Assembly: GCA_965249605.1 (NCBI GenBank) | Contig: OZ252245.1 | Coordinates: 1,294,967-1,358,966 of the forward strand | Direction of reading: 5' to 3' | Origin: Dehalococcoidia bacterium | Lineage (GTDB): Bacteria; Chloroflexota; Dehalococcoidia; Lucifugimonadales; UBA1127 | Length of the DNA: 64,000 bases | In this document: in pieces, positions 57,111 through 64,000 of the stretch | Position numbering within the stretch: position 1 is the stretch's first letter | Layout of the letters: every line of letters begins with the position of its first letter | Made by a program: the position numbers and the translations under genes | The notes under the pieces: generated by a model | Told to the model about the DNA's origin: nothing | What the model saw: only the letters and a program-made list of their open reading frames with translations | Databases searched by the model: none

Positions 57111-57737
57111 TCACGCGCGGATCATGCGCTGGTAGAGGTCGTGGGCCGATGCCTGGAGCCCCTGCACCGTCGGCTCTAGCGCTTCCTCAGCTGCGGCCCT
57201 GGCTGCGGCCCCGGCTGCGTCCCTGGCTGCGGCCCCAGCTGCGTCCCAGGCTGCGTCCGCAACTGCGTCCTCAGCTGCGTCCCCAACTGCGTCGCTGGCT
57301 GCGGCCCTGGCTGCATGTATCATGGGGTATGCGGCCTCCGCTGTTTCCGGCCCCACGACCGGCAGCGCAGCCAGCGGCGCCGCATGGTCCCTCAACCCCG
57401 CCAACCTCAACCACGCTGGGAGGTGCGTCCGGATGAGCCAGTCCGCAGCCATCCACGCACGGCGGGCGTCGGCGTCCGGATCGCCCGCCGTACCCGCCAG
57501 CAGGGGGATATACTGCACCAGCTGCACGCGTTCCGCGTCGGAGCGCATCCCGTCGTTCCATTCACGCCCAAAGGCCGCCAACACCGGGCTGACGCCGGCG
57601 GGATGGTCGCTGTGGCTCTCGCCTGCCCACCACGCCACGGCCTCCAGCAGACATACCCCTTCCTCGCGAGTGGTGTGGTTGCCCCGCTGCAACACCAAGC
57701 TGTCGAGGGTGTGCAGTGGGGCTGCGTGCTCTGTCAT
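57111..57737 (-). CDS. conserved hypothetical protein with C-terminal Ala/Asp-rich tandem repeats
   Basis: ATG preceded by AGGAG. The product begins MTEHAAPLHTLDS..GVCLLEAVAWWAGESHSDHP..SPVLAAFGREWND... The C-terminus is (DAxxDAAxDAA)n. Confidence 0.6.
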   Translation of the reverse strand: MTEHAAPLHTLDSLVLQRGNHTTREEGVCLLEAVAWWAGESHSDHPAGVSPVLAAFGREWNDGMRSDAERVQLVQYIPLLAGTAGDPDADARRAWMAADWLIRTHLPAWLRLAGLRDHAAPLAALPVVGPETAEAAYPMIHAARAAASDAVGDAAEDAVADAAWDAAGAAARDAAGAAARAAAEEALEPTVQGLQASAHDLYQRMIRA

Positions 57738-58027
57738 GGCGCTCCTTTCAGGCATAGGTTGCTGACGGTAGTGCAAGGGTTGGGCCCAGGGCGCCCGGGC
57801 GCAAAACGCGGCGGGGAGGAGCGCCGCGGCCTTGGAGGCGCACCGCGGACGCCCTGGGTGCGATGGGGGGGCATGGTGCAATGGACTTCGACTTGCCCGT
57901 CATAACGAGGGGGCCGAGGTGAGTGGAACGGCCGCTGAGGGTTTGGGCCTCACGCAGTTTATGTGCGGTCACTAAAAACCCCCAGCCAGAGTAGCTGGGG
58001 GTAGGCTACCGTGATAAACGAAACATG

Positions 58028-58447
58028 TCAATAGGATTCGTTTATCCGCTTTGTGCGGTGTACACCCCTCTTAGGGGGGTCGGCCAACACTCTGCCAAGC
58101 TCGTTCTCGTCAATGACGACCATGCCACCTGGCCCAGGCCCCTTGATGCGCCCCACCACCTGGAGATGGCTGCTGCGAAGCCAGGTGTGAAGAGTGTGGG
58201 GGGATTTGTGGTACTTGGAAGCCGCATCCTTGAGAGTAATGGGCTGCACGCCGCAATCGGCCGGCAGGCCAAGCAATTCAGCAAGTTCACCGGGTGCGAT
58301 GGGACGAGACTTGTTGGTGTATGCTGCGGTCACCAGCTCTGCGATCTCCTCGTCAGGGTAACCCCGCTCGCGCATCAGGCGGGTCACCGTTTCCCAGGAA
58401 ACGGTTCCGGCTACGGAAGCGCCGTTCTTCGCCTTTAAGTCTACCAT
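58028..58447 (-). CDS. HTH DNA-binding protein, excisionase/regulator-like
   Basis: The C-terminal half ITLKDAASKYHKSPHTLHTWLRSSHLQVVGRIKG..VVIDENEL resembles Xis/MerR-type winged HTH proteins. It is located at the end of the module next to a tRNA-derived att-like scar. Confidence 0.55.
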   Translation of the reverse strand: MVDLKAKNGASVAGTVSWETVTRLMRERGYPDEEIAELVTAAYTNKSRPIAPGELAELLGLPADCGVQPITLKDAASKYHKSPHTLHTWLRSSHLQVVGRIKGPGPGGMVVIDENELGRVLADPPKRGVHRTKRINESY

Positions 58448-58553
58448 GCCGCCCTCCCACCTTTCGAGCAGAAGCCCATCAAGTTCTAGCGACTTGGGTG
58501 ACTTCCGGCTACTTTGCTATCGCCACCCTCCGCGCAACCGCCACCAGAGGTCG

Positions 58554-58603
58554 TGGTGCCCCCAGCGGGATTCGAACCCGCGGTCTCCACCTTGAAAGGG
58601 CGA
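58554..58603 (-). other. orphan 3' half of a tRNA-Glu(UUC)-like gene (att-type scar)
   Basis: The reverse complement reads TCGCC-CTTTCAA-GGTGG-AGACC-GCGGG-TTCGAAT-CCCGC-TGGGGGC-A-CCA, i.e. anticodon arm, variable region, T arm, acceptor 3' strand and CCA. No matching 5' acceptor strand (GCCCCCA) or D arm lies upstream. Confidence 0.6.
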
Positions 58604-58751
58604 TCATATGGCAAGCCCACTTCAGCCAAACGCCGCCTTTCCGACTTTAGGGTAGCCTCCAAACGCATCTTCTTCAGCACAAGGTCGTTCCACTTGGTAG
58701 CTACCCCCTTCTCCACCGGTTGCTACACACGTTATTGAGCCCCTTTAGTTG

Positions 58752-58997
58752 CTAAGTCTTGGGACGCTTCACGACGTACTGCGCTGCATCTACTGGACCC
58801 ATGCCAATCTCTTCGATAGCCCCAACGAGGGCTTCGACGGATTCCTTGAGTTGAAGAGACAGGAGCTCGATTGCGCCCATATTGAAAGCTCGTCCACCAG
58901 TGTTATTAGTTCCCAGTTTTAGGAGCGCACTTGAGAGGCGCTCCACTGCCTCTACGAAACGCAAGTCCAACTCATTGGCCTCGTCAAACATAGGCAT
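58752..58997 (-). CDS. hypothetical protein (81 aa)
   Basis: Track ORF 58752..59075 trimmed to MPMFDEANELD because the longer version overlaps the tRNA gene. Confidence 0.35.
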   Translation of the reverse strand: MPMFDEANELDLRFVEAVERLSSALLKLGTNNTGGRAFNMGAIELLSLQLKESVEALVGAIEEIGMGPVDAAQYVVKRPKT

Positions 58998-59064
58998 TCT
59001 TGGCCCTCCCCTTCCTTGAGTGGACCTCCTAGTCCAGGCCAAACTACAAACCACCACTAAGTAG

Positions 59065-59141
59065 TGGTGGCGCATACGGGATTCGAACCCGTGGTCTCCG
59101 CCTTGAGAGGGCGGTGTCCTTGGCCACTAGACGAATGCGCC
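59065..59141 (-). tRNA. tRNA-Glu (anticodon CUC), CCA encoded
   Basis: GGCGCAT-TC-GTC..GAC-A-CCGCC-CTCTCAA-GGCGG-AGACC-ACGGG-TTCGAAT-CCCGT-ATGCGCC-A-CCA folds as a cloverleaf by hand. Confidence 0.9.
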
Positions 59142-59264
59142 ACGCTAGTGAGGCCTAACTGGTCAAGTATAACCCACCCCCGCGCGCCATGTCAGCACTC
59201 GATCGCGCCTTGGCCCCGCTGTTGAGGGCCGCCTCCGCTTCCCGTACAATTGAGGGTGCACCCT

Positions 59265-59350
59265 GCCGAAGTGGCGGAATGGAAGACGCGGCGGACTCAA
59301 AATCCGCTGCCCGCGAGGGCGTGTGGGTTCGACTCCCTCCTTCGGCACCA
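59265..59350 (+). tRNA. tRNA-Leu (anticodon CAA), long variable arm, CCA encoded
   Basis: GCCGAAG-TG-GCGGAATGGAAGACGCG-GCGGA-CTCAAAA-TCCGC-TGCCCGCGAGGGCGT-GTGGG-TTCGACT-CCCTC-CTTCGGC-A-CCA. There is one T-T mismatch in the T stem. Confidence 0.85.
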
Positions 59351-59408
59351 CTTTCGACGCTGCGGCCACCCCCAACGACTCCACGCCGCGGCTCGCGCAG
59401 GAGGCGCC

Positions 59409-59663
59409 ATGCCCGACATGCAGGACGCCTTCGCCCTCGCTCGCAGCATCGATGGCCGCTTGGAGCACACGGACGCACCCTCCGCCGAGCAGGCCGTCGA
59501 CCACTTTCGCGAAGCCCTCTACGACTACCGCGCCGACGGCGACCTCGACGCCTTCCTCGACCGCTGCCGCGAGCTGCTCGCGGAACTCGGCGGCTCCCCC
59601 GACGCCACCCCGGTCGAAGGCCGCTGCTTCCGCGCGCTGGACTCGGTGTTCAGCAGCGGGTAG
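59409..59663 (+). CDS. small hypothetical protein (84 aa)
   Basis: ATG preceded by CAGGAGG. The product is MPDMQDAFALARSIDGRLEH..ALYDYRADGDLDAFLDRCRELLAEL.. Start trimmed from ORF 59250..59663, which overlaps tRNA-Leu. Confidence 0.4.
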   Translation: MPDMQDAFALARSIDGRLEHTDAPSAEQAVDHFREALYDYRADGDLDAFLDRCRELLAELGGSPDATPVEGRCFRALDSVFSSG

Positions 59664-59767
59664 CTTTCGCCATTCCTGCAGCGCACCCCTGGCATTCAAT
59701 CTACCGCAGTTGCCCCACACTCCCTGTTGGCATAAGGTTGGCGTGCCAGCAACCGAAGGGGATAGAC

Positions 59768-61066
59768 GTGCAAGCTGCCGCGCCACAACAGGGTGCCCGC
59801 AAGCCGCGGTTCTACTACGGCTGGGTGATTGTCGCCATTGCGATCGTGGGCGGCGCGTTCACCAGCGGCACGAGCGTCTGGGGCGCCAGCGTCTTCGTGA
59901 CGCACATGGGCGAGGACCTGGGATGGTCGCGCTCCGCCTTCTACGGCGCGTTCACTGTGCGCGCGCTGGCCGCGGGAGCGCTTGCGCCGGTGCTGGGCCC
60001 CTTGCAGGACAAGCCCAACGGCCCCCGCATCCTGATGCTGATGAGCGCGCTCTGCCTCGGCTGCGCCCTCGTCTTGCTCAAGTTTGTCGAAGACCTTTGG
60101 GTGTTCTACCTGGTCTTCGGCGGGCTGGGCGCGCTGTCCATGTCCGCGCTGGGCGAGATGATGACGGTGGCCGTCGTGCCCAAGTGGTTCGTCCGACGCC
60201 GAGGCCGGGCCGTCGGCATCGCCACCACCGGGACGGCCATGGGTCCGCTCTTCTTTCCCATCACCGTGCAGGCGCTCATCGAGGCGGTGGGTTGGCGCGA
60301 TGGCTGGCTCGTACTTGGCGCCGTGACGCTGGTCGTGCTCGTCCCCCTCGCGCTGTTGGTGCGAACCAGCCCCGAGGAGGTGGGACTGCTGCCCGACGGC
60401 GACGACCCGACGGCCCGCCCCTCGACTGAAGCCTCCTCGCGGCCCGCGGCGGCAGCCGAGGTGAGCTACAGTCGGGGAGAGGCGACGCGAACGCTCACGT
60501 TCTGGCTGCTGGCACTGGCCTTCGCCCTGGCGACTCTGAGCATGGGCGGGTTCTTCGCCAACTGGCTGCCATACTTCCAGGACATCGGTTTCACGGCGGC
60601 CGTCGGCTCGCTGGCGGCTGTGGGCTACGGCATCTGCTCCATCACCGTGCGGCTCTTCTGGGGCATCCTCAGCGAGCGCTTTTCGGTGCGCTACCTGCTC
60701 ATGGCCCAATCGTTGGTAACGGCGGTCAGTGTGCTCTACTTCCTGCAGATCGGAGGGACCACGTCCCTGATTGTTGCCGGCTCATTCCACGGGATAGCCG
60801 TGGGCGGGTTCTTCATCATGCGGCCGCTCATCATCGCGAACTACTTTGGGCGGCAGCACCTGGGCGCGGTCAACAGCATCATCAGGCCGCTCACAACGGT
60901 CACCGGGTCGCTGAGCCCGCTGCTGATCGCGGGGCTGTTTGACATCCACGGTTCATACACATGGGCGTTTACGGCGGTGCTGTTCTCGTGGTTTGGCGTG
61001 GCAGCCATCGTCGCCTTTGCGAAACCGCCGACGCGCCGGCCCGCCCCCGCGACGCAACCTGCGTAG
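59768..61066 (+). CDS. MFS transporter
   Basis: GTG start after GAAGGGGA. About 12 TM segments follow (RKPRFYYGWVIVAIAIVGGAF..). The upstream 193 codons of the track ORF are Arg/Pro-rich and overlap tRNA-Leu. Confidence 0.8.
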   Translation: MQAAAPQQGARKPRFYYGWVIVAIAIVGGAFTSGTSVWGASVFVTHMGEDLGWSRSAFYGAFTVRALAAGALAPVLGPLQDKPNGPRILMLMSALCLGCALVLLKFVEDLWVFYLVFGGLGALSMSALGEMMTVAVVPKWFVRRRGRAVGIATTGTAMGPLFFPITVQALIEAVGWRDGWLVLGAVTLVVLVPLALLVRTSPEEVGLLPDGDDPTARPSTEASSRPAAAAEVSYSRGEATRTLTFWLLALAFALATLSMGGFFANWLPYFQDIGFTAAVGSLAAVGYGICSITVRLFWGILSERFSVRYLLMAQSLVTAVSVLYFLQIGGTTSLIVAGSFHGIAVGGFFIMRPLIIANYFGRQHLGAVNSIIRPLTTVTGSLSPLLIAGLFDIHGSYTWAFTAVLFSWFGVAAIVAFAKPPTRRPAPATQPA

Positions 61067-61078
61067 GTCGGCCTACAG

Positions 61079-61981
61079 CTACACCCCGAAGTGCGGTGCC
61101 TGCGGGCCGAGCTCGCCGGAGAACAGCTTGGCGGTCATCTCCGGGTTGCCGATGGGGTCCGGGGCCAACCATGCGTCGTGACCGCCCAGGCCATGCTCCA
61201 GGTTCCAGGTGGTGGCGGTGAACATCTTGCCGGTTACGCCCCCGGCAGCGTCCTGTCCCGCCAGGAACTTGGTGACGGGCACCACTGTGTCGGCGCGGCC
61301 GGACAGTGACCCCGGCGGCTGCCCCTTGGCGACCCGCTCAGCCGACCGCTCGTCGTAGCCCGTTGTGCGGGCCCCGGGGGGAAACACGACGTTGACGGCA
61401 ACGTTGTGCTCACGAATCTCGTCGGCCAAATAGTGCGACAGATTGGTGAGGGCGGCCTTCGTCGCCATGTACGGTTGCTCGCGGCTCCACGGCCGCCAGA
61501 GCTCGTGCGACGGGATGCTGCCGGTGGTGGAGACGTTGATGATGCTGCCCCATCGCTTCTCTATCATTGGGCGGACGAAGCGACGGATGGTCTTGACGGC
61601 CCCGATGACGTTGGTGGCGAAGGCTCGCTCCCAGTCGGCGTCAACCGTTTCGAGGATCGTGATGCCGAGGGCGCCCTCGTGCTGTTGGTCGCGCGTGCGG
61701 AACGCTGCGTTGTTGATCAGGACGTCCACCGTGCCGAATCGCTCGATGACGGCGGCATACGCGTCGTCCAATTGTTGGTCATCGGAGACGTCGCAGTTAA
61801 GGGTCAGGGCCAGTTCGTTCGAGTCCAACTCCTCGCGAAACGCCTCTTCGCCCTCCCACGAGCGTTCCAGCGCCGCGACCCGCGCGCCCTCTTGCAGGAA
61901 TGCCTGTGTGTACTCCGCGCCCATACCCCGGCCCGCGCCGGTGATGACCACCACCAGGTCTCGCAATTCTCTGGCCGCCAT
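61079..61981 (-). CDS. SDR-family oxidoreductase
   Basis: VVVITGAGRGMG (TGxxxGxG), NNAA, and the catalytic YMATK (YxxxK). Confidence 0.85.
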   Translation of the reverse strand: MAARELRDLVVVITGAGRGMGAEYTQAFLQEGARVAALERSWEGEEAFREELDSNELALTLNCDVSDDQQLDDAYAAVIERFGTVDVLINNAAFRTRDQQHEGALGITILETVDADWERAFATNVIGAVKTIRRFVRPMIEKRWGSIINVSTTGSIPSHELWRPWSREQPYMATKAALTNLSHYLADEIREHNVAVNVVFPPGARTTGYDERSAERVAKGQPPGSLSGRADTVVPVTKFLAGQDAAGGVTGKMFTATTWNLEHGLGGHDAWLAPDPIGNPEMTAKLFSGELGPQAPHFGV

Positions 61982-62150
61982 GCGCCGTCTCCTCTCCCGT
62001 TTACAGTAGGTGCGGCGATGGTACTCGAAACAGCACGCAACCTCCAGCGCGCGGCCGATTACCGTAAGCCAACGACCGGTGGAGAAGATGCACCCTCCCC
62101 TCACTGGAGAGGGGGAGTTGGTGCGGACAGACCAATCCGGGACCTACATG

Positions 62151-62822
62151 CTAGTTCATGATGGTGTTGTCCATCAGGCCGTTTCTCACAGCCCAGAGGA
62201 CCAGCAATTGCTTGGACTTGATGCCAAGCTTGACCTGGATCCGGTAGATGGTGTTTCGGATGGTCAGAGGACGGTTGCCCCGGATGGCTGCGATGTCCGA
62301 GTACGACATCCCTTTCGAGAACAGCGTGAGGATCTCCCGCTCTCCCGCCGTGAGCTTGGCCGTGTCCCGACTGGCGTCTTGCTGATTCCTCGCCCTGATG
62401 CCGGCAAACACCTGACCGGTCAAGCCGCTCGGGATGTGGTACTCACCTGTGGCAACCGTTCTCATGACGCCCAGGAGGTGTTCCCGGCCCGTGTACTTCT
62501 GCAAGTAGCCCGTGGCGCCGGCTGCCACGGCATTGATCACCGCGTCAGTCTCTGTCGCCGCCGTCAGCATGAGCACCTTTGTCCCCGGCAGCAGCTCCAT
62601 GATTTCACGGCACGCTTCAATGCCATCCATGTTCGGCATGTAAACGTCCATGATGATAACGTCCGGCCGGACCTCTTGCGCCACCTTCACGGCCTCCGCG
62701 CCGTCCGTGGCCTGGCCCACAACCTCGAAGCCTTCCCCATGCCCGAGCACCTCGACCAAGCCGTCCCGCATGATCTCGTGATCGTCGACAAGCATGACCC
62801 TCGTCGGAGTATCCGTAGCCAC
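62151..62822 (-). CDS. NarL/LuxR-family response regulator
   Basis: GTG start with GGAGG 10 nt upstream, placed just after the kinase stop. The receiver is VMLVDDHEIMRDG..DVIIMDVYMPNMDG and the C-terminal LuxR HTH is LTAGEREILTLFSKGMSYSDIA. Confidence 0.9.
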   Translation of the reverse strand: MATDTPTRVMLVDDHEIMRDGLVEVLGHGEGFEVVGQATDGAEAVKVAQEVRPDVIIMDVYMPNMDGIEACREIMELLPGTKVLMLTAATETDAVINAVAAGATGYLQKYTGREHLLGVMRTVATGEYHIPSGLTGQVFAGIRARNQQDASRDTAKLTAGEREILTLFSKGMSYSDIAAIRGNRPLTIRNTIYRIQVKLGIKSKQLLVLWAVRNGLMDNTIMN

Positions 62823-62823
62823 G

Positions 62824-64000
62824 TCAGTTACCTCCTTCGCCTGCTTTGTATGGGACCACACACGTAACCGTAGTGCCCGTCGTACCATTCCCTGAGTTCA
62901 CCTCAAGCTGACCACCCATGCGCTGTGCGTACGCGGTCATGTTCCTGAACCCGTGCCCACGAGCCAAGTAGTCGTCTGGAAGGCCCACACCGTCGTCCGA
63001 TATGGTCATCTGAAGGCTGTCGCGTCCGTAGTCAAGCCCAAGCGTGACCTTGGTGGCATGGGCATGCCGAAATGCGTTCGTCATCGCATTATGCGCAATC
63101 GAGAAAAGGAGCCCTCGAGTGATTGCCGACAGTGAGGGCTCTGCCCCTGACTCCACGACCTCCGCGGGGATGGAGGTGATGGTTGTGAACGTCGAGGCGT
63201 GGGACCGGAGCACTTCGCCCAATTCCCGGCCTTCGAAGATGAGGCCCATGTCTATGGGGTGCCGCAGGTCCCACAACGTCGACTTCGAGAGGGCGTGCGT
63301 CGCCTCCAGCCTGGCTACCTGTTCACGGTTGGACCGGTCCTCCGCCACCAGGGCGCCCTCTATCCCGAGACCTATCATGTAGGTCGACTGCGCTATCGTG
63401 TCGTGAATGGTCTGTGAGAGTTCGATGCGCTCTTGTTGCAGCTCCCGCTCCCTTTCGACCGCTTCCCGCCGGCGAATGCGCTCAAATCGAGAAATCAGGC
63501 TAACGGCCAACGAGAGTACGTAGAGTGCAGCGATCTTGCTAATGAGCTCCCGCTCGTCCCCGGCCTGCACGTCAACGCCCGAATCCACCAATACACTCAA
63601 CGCGGTGTACACCGCCGACACCAATGTGACCCAAATGAGGTTGACCCTGATGGACGTGAAGACCGCCGCAAAGATCGCCAGTCCCGGGAAGTACAGGACA
63701 AAGAAGTTGCTGTCCAGACCGCCGGTCGTTGCAATGCCAATTGCGACAATGGCAACGTCCATCGCGCTGATGGCCATGAGCCATGGCCACGTCACCGCTC
63801 GATGGGTCGAGATCCGGAAGTGCAGATAACCGTTCGCGGCAAAAGGCAGGAGATTGAAGAGGAGGCTATTGAGAATGTAGGAGGGATCTGGAAAATCAGA
63901 ACGGTAGTTGACCTGAAAGAGACAGGTGAGCAGGACGACCCATCGCACCCAAACTGAGACTATTGCACCATAGCGTAGTTCATCTGCGCCAACATACCCG
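62824..64000 (-). CDS. sensor histidine kinase (HisKA_3/NarX-type), possibly 5'-incomplete
   Basis: Multi-TM N-terminus, H-box LSQTIHDTIAQS and an HATPase region (ISDDGVGLP..GHGFRNM). The track ORF starts at GTG 63948 but the frame stays open to the window end. Confidence 0.8.
   Translation of the reverse strand, partial: GYVGADELRYGAIVSVWVRWVVLLTCLFQVNYRSDFPDPSYILNSLLFNLLPFAANGYLHFRISTHRAVTWPWLMAISAMDVAIVAIGIATTGGLDSNFFVLYFPGLAIFAAVFTSIRVNLIWVTLVSAVYTALSVLVDSGVDVQAGDERELISKIAALYVLSLAVSLISRFERIRRREAVERERELQQERIELSQTIHDTIAQSTYMIGLGIEGALVAEDRSNREQVARLEATHALSKSTLWDLRHPIDMGLIFEGRELGEVLRSHASTFTTITSIPAEVVESGAEPSLSAITRGLLFSIAHNAMTNAFRHAHATKVTLGLDYGRDSLQMTISDDGVGLPDDYLARGHGFRNMTAYAQRMGGQLEVNSGNGTTGTTVTCVVPYKAGEGGN

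Larger units (their letters stand above)
19571..59109. mobile_element. composite genomic island integrated in tRNA-Glu(CUC)
   Basis: An exact 45-bp direct repeat (19571-19615 = 59065-59109) corresponds to the 3' end of the intact tRNA. An integrase gene ends 21 bp from the distal repeat. The interior is rich in integrases, IS elements, giant cargo genes and a replication module. Confidence 0.7.

Noticed and set aside
59189-59767. N-terminal 193 codons of track ORF 59189..61066, and ORFs 59163..59786 (-) and 59323..60429 (+)
   Set aside because: The extension is Arg/Pro-rich and runs across the tRNA-Leu gene. The MFS protein starts plausibly at GTG 59768, which has an RBS.

Overview
High-GC bacterial chromosomal fragment. 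The lineage cannot be determined from the sequence alone. An LLM/F420-type enzyme, PT-rich linkers and CCA-encoding tRNAs would fit Chloroflexota- or Actinomycetota-like genomes, but that is inference only. The window has three blocks. (A) 1-19.5 kb, almost all on the minus strand: secreted or anchored surface proteins, an LLM oxidoreductase, and a 13-kb operon. The operon encodes a 2464-aa triple-transglutaminase/HEAT protein, an 838-aa polytopic membrane protein, a MoxR AAA+ ATPase, a DUF58 protein and a small membrane protein. (B) 19571-59109: a composite genomic island of about 39.5 kb inserted in tRNA-Glu(CUC) and bounded by an exact 45-bp direct repeat. It contains three paralogous tyrosine integrases (one truncated), two decayed IS3-family elements, an older transposase remnant and a frameshifted DUF4143 ATPase. 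It also carries two convergent giant surface-protein genes (3150 and 2947 aa; FG-GAP propellers, Fn3, cadherin, PT linker, C-terminal TM anchor), and a 1.09-kb direct repeat pair brackets one of them. The most interesting candidate sits next to the intact internal integrase: a two-gene pair encoding a 2TM pentapeptide-repeat protein and a SMODS-like nucleotidyltransferase, possibly a CBASS-like conflict system. The island ends with a satellite/plasmid-like replication module (primase-helicase, iteron/AT-rich ori-like region, ParB-Fn3-TM fusion, small HTH and zinc-ribbon proteins) that stops at an orphan tRNA-Glu(UUC)-like 3' half. (C) 59.1-64 kb: tRNA-Glu, tRNA-Leu, an MFS transporter, an SDR and a NarL-type two-component system. 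Most remaining track ORFs are antisense or out-of-frame shadows typical of GC-rich DNA.
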